Shown one piece after another: positions 25,666 to 33,985 of a DNA stretch of 57,011 nt (position 1 is its first letter; every line of letters starts with the position of its first letter). Under the pieces are notes generated by a model. That model saw only the letters and a list, made by a program, of their open reading frames with translations. It did not search any database and had not been told where the DNA came from. Source of the DNA: Escherichia phage vB_EcoM_fHy-Eco03; sequence record MW602648.1. One strand, given 5' to 3'. The translations under genes were made by a program, and so were the position numbers.

Positions 25666-26054
25666 TTTTTACAACAACTTCATTCTTAGACCTGGCCAAT
25701 GAGGATGCCAGCGGTCTGTATGACCTGGCTCCTACTACTGACCCACGACAGAGCATCTCGATCGCTGTCGGCGGTTACTCGTATCAGGTTGACCTTGTGT
25801 ATAATACTGTTGCCGAGTTGTGGATGGCTACAGTAACCGACGTGTCAAAATCAACTGTACTTTGTTCCAGCTTCGCATTACAATATGGACGTTTAGCCAT
25901 GGGTAACTGGAATACTCGCGTAGCGCTTGCCGTCGTTGATTATTCAGCTAACCGTATTGGCCCATTGACGCTTAATGACATGGGGAGCCGATGCAGTGTC
26001 TACATTATCGACAAGTCAGCCTACCCGGCAGTTTGGCCGAGCCTTACGTCTTGA
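25662..26054 (+). CDS. Tail protein (130 aa)
   Basis: ORF in the baseplate module. Confidence 0.35.
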   Translation: MIFTTTSFLDLANEDASGLYDLAPTTDPRQSISIAVGGYSYQVDLVYNTVAELWMATVTDVSKSTVLCSSFALQYGRLAMGNWNTRVALAVVDYSANRIGPLTLNDMGSRCSVYIIDKSAYPAVWPSLTS

Positions 26055-26943
26055 GGTCGGCAACGACTCCGAAGGCATTATAATTGAAAACCTTCGCGTT
26101 ACCTTTGATATTCAGAAGGGTAACGCGAAGCATCCCAATAAGGCTACCATAACCGTATTCAACTTGAAAGAGTCGAACCGTTATAAACTGGCAACCAAGG
26201 TTTGGGATTACGTCCGTCTCTCTGTGGGTTATGGCCTTAACAATATTACCTATCACCGAATCTTTGAAGGCAATATTTCCCGTGTAAACGACCAACGTAA
26301 TGGACTGGACATCCAGACTGTTTTGGAGTGTGGTGACGGGCGAACTGCCTTTACACAAAGCTTTGTATCTTCAACTATGGCTAAAGGTGCAACATACGAT
26401 GATGTTATCGATGAGTGCCTCGGCCAGATGGAAGGTATCGAAGAAGGTTATATCTGTGTAGACAAAGATACTCCTTTCACTCGCGCACGTACCCTGTACG
26501 GACAGGCCTCTCATATACTGGACGGTGTTGCCAAAGCTAATAATGCAACATGGTCAATACAGGATAATAAGCTTACCATCATCCCAAACGATTCCGTTAC
26601 GGATGCTGATGCTATTATCCTGTCCGCTTCTACTGGTATGGTAGGCGCACCTAAAGGCACAGACAAAGGACTGGAGGTGTCAGCTAACCTGAACCCTGAA
26701 TTTGCTATCGGCGGTTTCATCCAGGTAGATTCTATGTTTACACAGTACAACGGACAGTATAAAATTGACACCGTAAGATTCCGGGGAGACAACCATCCCA
26801 AAGGACCCTGGCTGGCAGACTTGACGCTTCTCGGCGGAGAGTTCGCCAAAAAGCTACGTCGTACTAAGAAGCCCAAGAAGCCACGTAAACCTGTTGAGTA
26901 TATCTATTCCACAGACGTAGGTGACACAGGTGTGAGAGGATAA
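25975..26943 (+). CDS. Putative baseplate hub protein (start uncertain)
   Basis: 322-aa ORF; position matches the P2 gpD / Mu gp44 slot; basic C-terminal tail. Confidence 0.4.
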   Translation: MTWGADAVSTLSTSQPTRQFGRALRLEVGNDSEGIIIENLRVTFDIQKGNAKHPNKATITVFNLKESNRYKLATKVWDYVRLSVGYGLNNITYHRIFEGNISRVNDQRNGLDIQTVLECGDGRTAFTQSFVSSTMAKGATYDDVIDECLGQMEGIEEGYICVDKDTPFTRARTLYGQASHILDGVAKANNATWSIQDNKLTIIPNDSVTDADAIILSASTGMVGAPKGTDKGLEVSANLNPEFAIGGFIQVDSMFTQYNGQYKIDTVRFRGDNHPKGPWLADLTLLGGEFAKKLRRTKKPKKPRKPVEYIYSTDVGDTGVRG

Positions 26944-26944
26944 G

Positions 26945-27586
26945 ATGGAAGCTGACTTTAATAATGCTTCGCTTGACGATACCATCGAGATGGCGCTGTT
27001 CGCTGCCTTAATAGGTAAGCGCCATTGTCTTCCTGGTCGTGTCGCGTCCTTTGATAGTGTCTCGCAAACAATTGTTGCCGAACCTATGATAAGCGCGGAG
27101 ACGGAAGATGGACAGCGTGTTCCTTTACCACCAGTTGCTGATGTTCCTTTATTTCAGCTTGGCGGTGGTTCATTCGTCATTACTTTAGAACCGAAAGCTG
27201 GCGACCCTTGTTTGCTTCTTGTTTCTGACCGTGCCATTGATGCTTGGTATGAGACAGGAGAGAACAGGGTGCCAGCTGACTTCCGACAGAACGACCTGTC
27301 TGACTGCTTTGCTCTTGTGGGCTTCAGACCTAAACCGCTGGCTATAACAAACTGGATGGAAGGTGTGACAATTCGTAAGGTTGACGGGTCACAGTATATC
27401 AATATCAACAACGCCGGTAAAGTATCTATAAAGGCAACGTCTGTTGATTTGCTTGACACACCAACTTTAACTGCGCCAAACACTAGCGCTACTTTTAAAG
27501 AAGCGACTATTGGCGGTATTAAGTTTGGTACCCACAAACACAAAGAGAACGGCGACGGTGGTGGTATTACTGACGGCCCGCAATAA
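26945..27586 (+). CDS. Putative baseplate spike protein (gpV-like)
   Basis: 213-aa ORF; N-terminal GRV..FD..S motif and position are consistent with gpV-like spike proteins. Confidence 0.45.
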   Translation: MEADFNNASLDDTIEMALFAALIGKRHCLPGRVASFDSVSQTIVAEPMISAETEDGQRVPLPPVADVPLFQLGGGSFVITLEPKAGDPCLLLVSDRAIDAWYETGENRVPADFRQNDLSDCFALVGFRPKPLAITNWMEGVTIRKVDGSQYININNAGKVSIKATSVDLLDTPTLTAPNTSATFKEATIGGIKFGTHKHKENGDGGGITDGPQ

Positions 27587-27594
27587 GGTGAGTT

Positions 27595-27954
27595 ATGAGA
27601 ACCAGACGACTTGATTCAAACTGGGATTGGACCTTTGGACGTGGCCGTGAAGACTATGCCGAAGATACCGAATCCATCGAACAGCGCATCAAACAAATTT
27701 TACAGTGCTTTACTAACGACTGGGTTCATGACCTGGAGTATGGCACTAACTGGTTCGGTCTTATGGATAAGCCTGTTAAATGGGCAGACCTTGAGACTGC
27801 GATTAAAACTGCGATACTCGCAGAATACGGTGTACAGTCGATTGATAGCTTTGAGCTTAACTTCGACCCTGATACACGTAAAGCGGTATATACTGTTGAG
27901 GTTAACGATGTATACCACAACAAAACAAAAATTTCTGACACTGTTGCGGGGTAG
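27595..27954 (+). CDS. Putative baseplate wedge protein (gpW / gp25-like)
   Basis: 119-aa ORF between spike-like and J-like genes; size and position typical. Confidence 0.45.
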   Translation: MRTRRLDSNWDWTFGRGREDYAEDTESIEQRIKQILQCFTNDWVHDLEYGTNWFGLMDKPVKWADLETAIKTAILAEYGVQSIDSFELNFDPDTRKAVYTVEVNDVYHNKTKISDTVAG

Positions 27955-27956
27955 TC

Positions 27957-29114
27957 ATGGGCTCAATTACTAATACAGGCTATGAACCCGTTGCACTTGC
28001 TGACTGGATTTCACGCTTCGAAACTTTGTTCCGTCGTGTGTACGGTTCTGATATTGACTTGTCTGCTAAGTCTGCAGATGGTCAGATGGTTGGTATTCTT
28101 GCGCAGATGTTTGCCGACCAGGACGAGCAAGTTGCAACTGGCTTTGCCATGCTGGACCCTAACCAGGCTTCTGGTACATGGGTTGACCAGTTCCTTGCTT
28201 ACTTGGCGCTGCGTCGTAAGTCAGCACAAACAACTCAGCTGACGATCGTTAAGATTGAAGGTATGCGCGATACTGTTATTCGTCCGCCTTATGTCGTTGT
28301 TTCTAAGTCTGGTGTTAAGTTCCAGCTTAACTCAACTGTTGCTATCGGCGATGATGGCTATGTGCAAACCAGCTTCAGCTCAGTAGAGCAAGGCCAGTTC
28401 AAAGTACTTGCTGGTGACGAGCTGACTCCTGAGACAGTTGTGCTCGGTGTAACTAAAGTAACTAACATGCAGGTATCGTCTGGTGGTTCTGGCGTCGAGC
28501 TTGACGCAGAAGCTATTGATCGTGCATTTGATTCTTACGGTATTACATCTCAGAATACTGTTGATGGTACTGTTGCAGCTATTCGCCAGATGGATGACGT
28601 TATTGCGTGTAACGGTTACGAGAACGAGGACGATGCAACTGACGCTAACGGTCAGGCACCGCATAGTCAGTGGATTATTGTCGACGGTGGAACACCTGCT
28701 AATATCGCTAAAGAGATTATGACTCGTAAGGCGCCAGGTGTTAAGCAAATTGGTGCGCAGACTTATGGCTGGACCGATGCATCTGGCACAGAACGAATTG
28801 CTAAATGGGACCAGCCTACTTATGTTGAACCATACATGAGTATTGTTGTTGCCCGTAAAGAGTTGTTTACCGATGTGTCTGAAGATTTTATCCGCCGCAC
28901 TATAGCATCAAAAATCTTTAACATCGGCGAAGAAGTATCTGCGTTTGAGCTTGGCAGACTGCTGCAAGAAAACCAGAACTTCTATATTAAGCAATTCTTG
29001 ATTGGCCGCACAGCTGAAACAACTACCGAGACGATTCTAAACATCGGTATTAAAGAGCGTGCGATTGTTAACACCGACAGAATCTCTATAGCGGTGGTGA
29101 ATACTAATGGCTAA
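27957..29114 (+). CDS. Putative baseplate J-like protein
   Basis: 385-aa ORF following the gp25-like gene. Confidence 0.5.
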   Translation: MGSITNTGYEPVALADWISRFETLFRRVYGSDIDLSAKSADGQMVGILAQMFADQDEQVATGFAMLDPNQASGTWVDQFLAYLALRRKSAQTTQLTIVKIEGMRDTVIRPPYVVVSKSGVKFQLNSTVAIGDDGYVQTSFSSVEQGQFKVLAGDELTPETVVLGVTKVTNMQVSSGGSGVELDAEAIDRAFDSYGITSQNTVDGTVAAIRQMDDVIACNGYENEDDATDANGQAPHSQWIIVDGGTPANIAKEIMTRKAPGVKQIGAQTYGWTDASGTERIAKWDQPTYVEPYMSIVVARKELFTDVSEDFIRRTIASKIFNIGEEVSAFELGRLLQENQNFYIKQFLIGRTAETTTETILNIGIKERAIVNTDRISIAVVNTNG

Positions 29115-29757
29115 CTATCGTAAACTGTTAATTCAGCAATACGCTCAGCAGCCAAAAGCCCTGGCAACAATCCATGGTTTCGACGATGCTATCCAGGAGA
29201 TTTGGGATGGTATGGTCGCAGTAACAAACAGCCTCAATATTGACTTGGCTTACGGTAAAGCGCTAGATAATGTTGCGGCACGGGTAGGCGCTAGTCGGTA
29301 TATTAAGAAAGGTGTTGAGCGTACTTTCTTCGGCTTTAATAACCTGGATACCACGGCAGGTTTCGGCGGTTCGTCTGGTTATCGTGGTGGTGTATTCTAC
29401 AGATACGGAGTGTCAACATTCGACCCGTTAACACTGGACGATACAGACTTACGCACATACATCAAGATGAAAATCTGGAAGAACATGCAGCAAGCTAACT
29501 TCCCGTACTTGATTGCGTTCTTAACCGAGTTCTTTGGCGAGAACAACTTTATTGTTACTGACAATGAAGATATGACGGTTAATATTGAAATTTATGGGAC
29601 ACTAACGCCGATTAAGCAAGTGTTGATTGTTAACTATGATATTCTGCCGCGTGCGTCAGGAGTCAAGTACAATCTCAATACGTCAATCACACCGACTGAC
29701 AGCCTTTATCGCTATGTCACAGTTAACTTACCAGCACAGGTGAATGTATATGGCTAA
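29107..29757 (+). CDS. Putative baseplate/tail protein (gpI-like)
   Basis: 216-aa ORF after the J-like gene. Confidence 0.4.
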   Translation: MANYRKLLIQQYAQQPKALATIHGFDDAIQEIWDGMVAVTNSLNIDLAYGKALDNVAARVGASRYIKKGVERTFFGFNNLDTTAGFGGSSGYRGGVFYRYGVSTFDPLTLDDTDLRTYIKMKIWKNMQQANFPYLIAFLTEFFGENNFIVTDNEDMTVNIEIYGTLTPIKQVLIVNYDILPRASGVKYNLNTSITPTDSLYRYVTVNLPAQVNVYG

Positions 29758-31099
29758 CGTACAAACTCGCCCGGACAATACTATCTTTGCGGAAAGCGCA
29801 TTGACGGGTGAAGTAACTGAATTCCAGAACCTTGCTCGTGGTTGGGGTTCTACCCTTACATATTCAGCGGGTATTCCGCCTATGGAGTGGTTTAACTTCA
29901 TCGGCCAGCGTTCTGATAAGGGTATTCACTATATCCTGCAGCAGGGTGTGGACCAGTGGAATGCCACTGAGACCTACCCTGTTGGGGCACTTGTTAAAGT
30001 TCTTGCCGATAACTGCCTTTATAAGGCGCTTACTCAGAACCTTAACAAAGAACCAAAAGCTAACGGTAACGACTGGGTTAAAGTTCTGGACGTTACAGCC
30101 GCATCTGCTGCTGCACGTCAGGTAGGTCGTAACACTGGTAATGTTGTACAGATTGGTGCATTTGGTATTGGTTCTACAGCTGAACAGATTACCAATGCTG
30201 ATTCACCAACTCAGTCTGGTTTTTACGGTTTACCAGCTACGGGTGCAGGTAACCCTGTATCTGGTCAGGCATCTGAGATTATCCATATTCAATATGATGC
30301 TAACAACGCTACTCAGTACGCTAAAGGTATCAATAAGCGTACCATCTATACTCGTGACCAAGTAAACGGTACTTGGACCGCATGGGAAGGTCAGTATGGC
30401 CCGAGCAACAAACCAACTGCGCAAGAGCTTGGCATCAACCAGGACTTTATACCGATGGATGGCTCTGAGTCAATCCGTGGTAACCTCGGTACTGTGGGCT
30501 GGGTTCATATTGCTCGCACTACGTCCGACCTATTGCGCGCTGCTAATAGCAGCGGTGTTGGTGTTGCCGAAATTGTTGGTAACGTTGCTGGAGGACTGGC
30601 CGTACAGCACCGACTGACATCTGTGTCGGTAGCAGCAAACTCTCATACAGCTTTCCTGGGTATGTGGGGTTCCGTTGCAATGACCAGCATTAAGCAGGTA
30701 CTGCAATCCAATGGTTCAACAAGATTTGACCTGGATGTATGCCGTCCTGGTTCAGTAGCTGACCGCCGTGTTACTGGTGCACAACTGGATGGTGCTAATA
30801 GCCGATTCACCACAACAAACGGCTTTACTTTGCAGGAAAACGGTGTTAGAGTATATTCACCTAACAACCCACAACCTGTGGATGTTTCCTGGGCCGTTCG
30901 TCGGGTTCGTCTTGGCAGTGAAGTTCGTAACAACCGTAACGGCAGTGAGTCGTTTGTACTCCGCATGCCAGCCGGTCACATGGCAACTGGTTTTGATATT
31001 CACTCTAAAGGCGGTCGTGAGGATGAGTTCAATGCCGTATTCTCTCGCCCAATTCAGATGAACATTAACGATGTATGGTATACGGTGGACCAACTATGA
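29744..31099 (+). CDS. Putative tail fiber protein
   Basis: 451-aa ORF after the baseplate genes; Gly/Asn/Thr-rich. Confidence 0.45.
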   Translation: MYMANVQTRPDNTIFAESALTGEVTEFQNLARGWGSTLTYSAGIPPMEWFNFIGQRSDKGIHYILQQGVDQWNATETYPVGALVKVLADNCLYKALTQNLNKEPKANGNDWVKVLDVTAASAAARQVGRNTGNVVQIGAFGIGSTAEQITNADSPTQSGFYGLPATGAGNPVSGQASEIIHIQYDANNATQYAKGINKRTIYTRDQVNGTWTAWEGQYGPSNKPTAQELGINQDFIPMDGSESIRGNLGTVGWVHIARTTSDLLRAANSSGVGVAEIVGNVAGGLAVQHRLTSVSVAANSHTAFLGMWGSVAMTSIKQVLQSNGSTRFDLDVCRPGSVADRRVTGAQLDGANSRFTTTNGFTLQENGVRVYSPNNPQPVDVSWAVRRVRLGSEVRNNRNGSESFVLRMPAGHMATGFDIHSKGGREDEFNAVFSRPIQMNINDVWYTVDQL

Positions 31100-31629
31100 T
31101 TATCTTTGAAAACTTTACTAAAGCTGTTCCGGTTACGCCGGAACAGTTAAAACTCTCTGAGCTGGGAGTTCAGTTCACTGTTGACAATACAGGCCGTTGC
31201 TGGTATGATATTGTTAATGAGCTCAACAAAGAAAATAAGGACGATTACAAAGTTCTTATCGATAATGACCGCCGTGTTGTAAGCTGGAGCAAAGATGCTT
31301 CTTCTATATTCCCGGTAGACCAGTCTGTTGTTGTTACTAGCAAACTGCCCGCAGGTCTTGCCAACAACAACGGCATGTGGAAGTTTGATGCTTCAGCTAA
31401 AGCATTCGTGCCTGACAGCTCGGCAGAAGAGAATTCAGCAATACGCTGGAAAGCCGCTGAACTTGCTGCTGTCAGCATTGAGATTGATACTCTCAAAGAT
31501 GCAGTAGAAGTGGACGAAGCAACTGAATCTGAAATTGAACGATTAGCTGCTCTTAAAAAGTATCGTATCGAGCTCAACCGCTATGATACTTCAGGCGGTG
31601 GAACAGGTAAACGCCCAGTTAAACCGTAA
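31075..31629 (+). CDS. Putative tail fiber assembly protein
   Basis: 184-aa ORF directly after the fiber gene. Confidence 0.35.
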   Translation: MVYGGPTMIIFENFTKAVPVTPEQLKLSELGVQFTVDNTGRCWYDIVNELNKENKDDYKVLIDNDRRVVSWSKDASSIFPVDQSVVVTSKLPAGLANNNGMWKFDASAKAFVPDSSAEENSAIRWKAAELAAVSIEIDTLKDAVEVDEATESEIERLAALKKYRIELNRYDTSGGGTGKRPVKP

Positions 31630-31636
31630 CTTATAC

Positions 31637-31670
31637 GCCTGCTCAATTTTTAGAGCAGGCTTATTTATTT
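31637..31670 (+). terminator. Rho-independent terminator after the tail genes
   Basis: Stem GCCTGCTC (31637..31644) / GAGCAGGC (31653..31660), then TTATTTATTT. Confidence 0.7.
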
Positions 31671-31692
31671 ACGGTACTAGATGTGCTATAAT
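31664..31692 (+). promoter_or_regulatory. Candidate promoter with extended -10 (TTTATT-N17-TGcTATAAT) for the lysis cassette
   Basis: TATAAT 31687..31692 preceded by TG at 31684..31685; TTTATT at 31664..31669; GGAG Shine-Dalgarno and ATG at 31727 downstream. Confidence 0.4.
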
Positions 31693-31726
31693 CCAGTCTT
31701 GGGCAACACTAAACTGGAGCAACACG

Positions 31727-31972
31727 ATGTTGAACAACTTATCGGAAAAGTTCCCGTTGATTGGGCAGATTATCGCTTGGATAACTGCCACAGTCAGTAC
31801 ATTGTCCTTGAGCGATTACGGAACTCTGGTAGGTATTTTTTCTTCTTTAGTAATGTTAATAGTTGTAACTTATAACCAAACCAAACGAACCAAGCTGCTT
31901 GCAGAATCATTGCAGCGCAGGTCCGAAATTATAGGGAACATCCACAATGAGTCTCAAATCAACAGCGACTAA
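31727..31972 (+). CDS. Putative holin or pinholin
   Basis: 81 aa from the internal ATG with GGAG Shine-Dalgarno; two hydrophobic segments (IGQIIAWITATVSTL and LVGIFSSLVMLIVV); immediately upstream of the endolysin. Confidence 0.5.
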   Translation: MLNNLSEKFPLIGQIIAWITATVSTLSLSDYGTLVGIFSSLVMLIVVTYNQTKRTKLLAESLQRRSEIIGNIHNESQINSD

Positions 31973-32510
31973 AGCTGGTGGTATAACTTGTTCAGTTATG
32001 GGCATCATTGCTTTGGTGGTATCTTCGACTAGCACACACGTCAGAACAAACCAGGAAGGCTTGGAGATAATTGGTAACGCTGAAGGATGTATGCGCAATC
32101 CTTACGTGTGTCCTACCGGTTATCTTACCGTTGGCATCGGAAGTCGTATCTATGAGAATGAACCCGCGGTGCGTCGCCCTGGACTAACTGACCAAGAGAT
32201 TGCAGACCGATGGGTTAAGAATATCCAGGAAGCTGAGAAATGCGTCAATGACTGGTTTCATGGTAAGGATATGAATGATAACCAGTTCAGTGCCATGACC
32301 TCAATGGTGTTCAACCACGGTTGCACCAAGCTCCGCAAGAACAAGGATGGTTCACCAACTAAAATTTATACTGCAGCTCGTTACCAGAACTGGACTGAGA
32401 TGTGTAATCGCATTACTGACTGGGATATGGGCGGTAAGTATAGAGGCTTGACAATACGCAAGCAAAAGGAAAAAGCGCTATGTCTAAAACCAGTGCCATC
32501 ATCGCGTTAA
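31947..32510 (+). CDS. SAR endolysin (lysozyme-like)
   Basis: N-terminal hydrophobic signal-anchor-like segment GGITCSVMGIIALVVSS, then lysozyme-like core EGCMRNPYVCPTGYLTVGIGS. Confidence 0.7.
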   Translation: MSLKSTATKAGGITCSVMGIIALVVSSTSTHVRTNQEGLEIIGNAEGCMRNPYVCPTGYLTVGIGSRIYENEPAVRRPGLTDQEIADRWVKNIQEAEKCVNDWFHGKDMNDNQFSAMTSMVFNHGCTKLRKNKDGSPTKIYTAARYQNWTEMCNRITDWDMGGKYRGLTIRKQKEKALCLKPVPSSR

Positions 32511-32830
32511 TAATGGGGCTGACAATAGTCTGCCTCTCTTTGTGGGTTAAGAGTCTCAAAACTGATATTGTCAATCGTGACCATACAATTGAAGCGCAAG
32601 TTAAGACAATTGCGGAGAAAGATAAAGCCAACAAAGATTTATCCACTGCTAATACTGTTCTGAGTAATCAGGTTGCCGCTGAAAGGCAGGCATCTGCTGA
32701 TAGAGCAGCTAAAATCAAAGAGCTTGAAGACAAGCTCAAAGATAAAAAGGGGAAGTATGAAAATGCAACGAAGAATGACCAGTGTGCTAATACTAATGCC
32801 CCTGACGCTGTTCTTGACCTCATGCAGTAA
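32480..32830 (+). CDS. Inner-membrane spanin (Rz-like)
   Basis: N-terminal transmembrane segment IIALIMGLTIVCLSLW followed by a coiled-coil region; directly after the endolysin. Confidence 0.55.
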   Translation: MSKTSAIIALIMGLTIVCLSLWVKSLKTDIVNRDHTIEAQVKTIAEKDKANKDLSTANTVLSNQVAAERQASADRAAKIKELEDKLKDKKGKYENATKNDQCANTNAPDAVLDLMQ

Positions 32831-33029
32831 AAAGCCCGAGTATATCTATGTTGACAGGGTTGTCAAACAATATCCTCCACAGGCTTATTTAGTCAAGTGT
32901 GATAAACCCACAATAAAAGGGAAGACGTGGAAAGCGATTGGTGAGCTGGCTATAGAACGTGGTAATGCTTTAGACGATTGTGCTGATAAGGTTGACAGCA
33001 TAATCAAGTGGAGTGAAGGGGCCAATTAA
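32757..33029 (+). CDS. Outer-membrane lipoprotein spanin (Rz1-like)
   Basis: Signal peptide with lipobox LTLFLTSC; AGGGGA Shine-Dalgarno before the ATG at 32757; overlaps the 3' end of the i-spanin gene in another frame. Confidence 0.55.
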   Translation: MKMQRRMTSVLILMPLTLFLTSCSKKPEYIYVDRVVKQYPPQAYLVKCDKPTIKGKTWKAIGELAIERGNALDDCADKVDSIIKWSEGAN

Positions 33030-33044
33030 GGCCCCTTTATTTTA
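33018..33044 (+). terminator. Terminator at the end of the rightward late operon
   Basis: GGGGCC-aattaa-GGCCCC then TTTATTTTA; lies between the convergent late and replication operons. Confidence 0.7.
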
Positions 33045-33320
33045 TACCTTCAGGAAGCCAGGAAACAGCTCGCCACGAAGCATGGCGCCTTTCAGTACCC
33101 AGATTTGGTCTTTAGCCTGGGCATGCGCATTCTCTTGTGCAACTTGCTTGCCGATTTCTGCATTGAATTCTGCAGGGTCAACACAGCCTGAAGTACCGAC
33201 ACCCATCTGGAAGCCTTCCAGTGTTGCCACACATACCGTTACAGTTGTGTTTGGCACTTGCCAGAAATGATATTCCAGCTTGTCTGCCAGGGCGTTTACT
33301 TCTTTGTAATCTACTTTCAT
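33042..33320 (-). CDS. Hypothetical protein (92 aa)
   Basis: Last gene of the leftward operon. Confidence 0.4.
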   Translation of the reverse strand: MKVDYKEVNALADKLEYHFWQVPNTTVTVCVATLEGFQMGVGTSGCVDPAEFNAEIGKQVAQENAHAQAKDQIWVLKGAMLRGELFPGFLKV

Positions 33321-33544
33321 TAGCGCTTTCCTTTCTTTTCGTTAAGCTGTGCGCATGAAGCACACAACACTGTGCCAGGTAACAGCTGGCGGCGTTTTTC
33401 TTCGATGTCGTCACCGCACTGATAACATTCCAGCGGGCTTACACCTGTATAACGAACACGATTAGATACAGCTGCGTCACGGGCAATTTGCTCAACGTCC
33501 GAAGCCATATCACTTACATCTGATGTGCGTGTAGATTCAATCAT
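33320..33544 (-). CDS. DksA/TraR-like C4 zinc-finger protein
   Basis: 74 aa with CYQC...(17 aa)...CASC, a four-Cys pattern typical of the TraR/DksA family. Confidence 0.5.
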   Translation of the reverse strand: MIESTRTSDVSDMASDVEQIARDAAVSNRVRYTGVSPLECYQCGDDIEEKRRQLLPGTVLCASCAQLNEKKGKR

Positions 33545-33688
33545 ATTTCTTAGCCAAGTAAGGAATTACAATTTTTACATAAATCATACCGAGAGCAAAC
33601 GCGGTAAATCCTTTGGCCCATACTGGCAGAATATTTTCAACTAAAAACATGCAGCAAACAAGAAATAAAACATCCAGGGTAAACTTTC

Positions 33689-33964
33689 TCATTTGCATTC
33701 TTCCTCGCAGTAAATAGTTTCAAGTTCATCGCACAGCCTTTGAGTCCAGGTGTCTTCTTCACCTCGTATCTCAAAACAAAGGGCTGCTATATCATAGCCG
33801 TCAATATTACTTTTGTAAAGCTTTTTTGCGACCTCTTCCGGTTCTTCGCTGAAAATCCGCATAAACCAGTCTAAAGGGCAGGTGCATTCTGAGGTGTCTA
33901 GAACCTCCTGAGCACGTAGCTTAAGCGTTTCATCTACTGGGTACTCTAAACCTATATTAGACAC
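33689..33964 (-). CDS. Hypothetical protein (91 aa)
   Basis: ORF. Confidence 0.4.
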   Translation of the reverse strand: MSNIGLEYPVDETLKLRAQEVLDTSECTCPLDWFMRIFSEEPEEVAKKLYKSNIDGYDIAALCFEIRGEEDTWTQRLCDELETIYCEEECK

Positions 33965-33985
33965 TTAATAGACTCCTTAATTATT

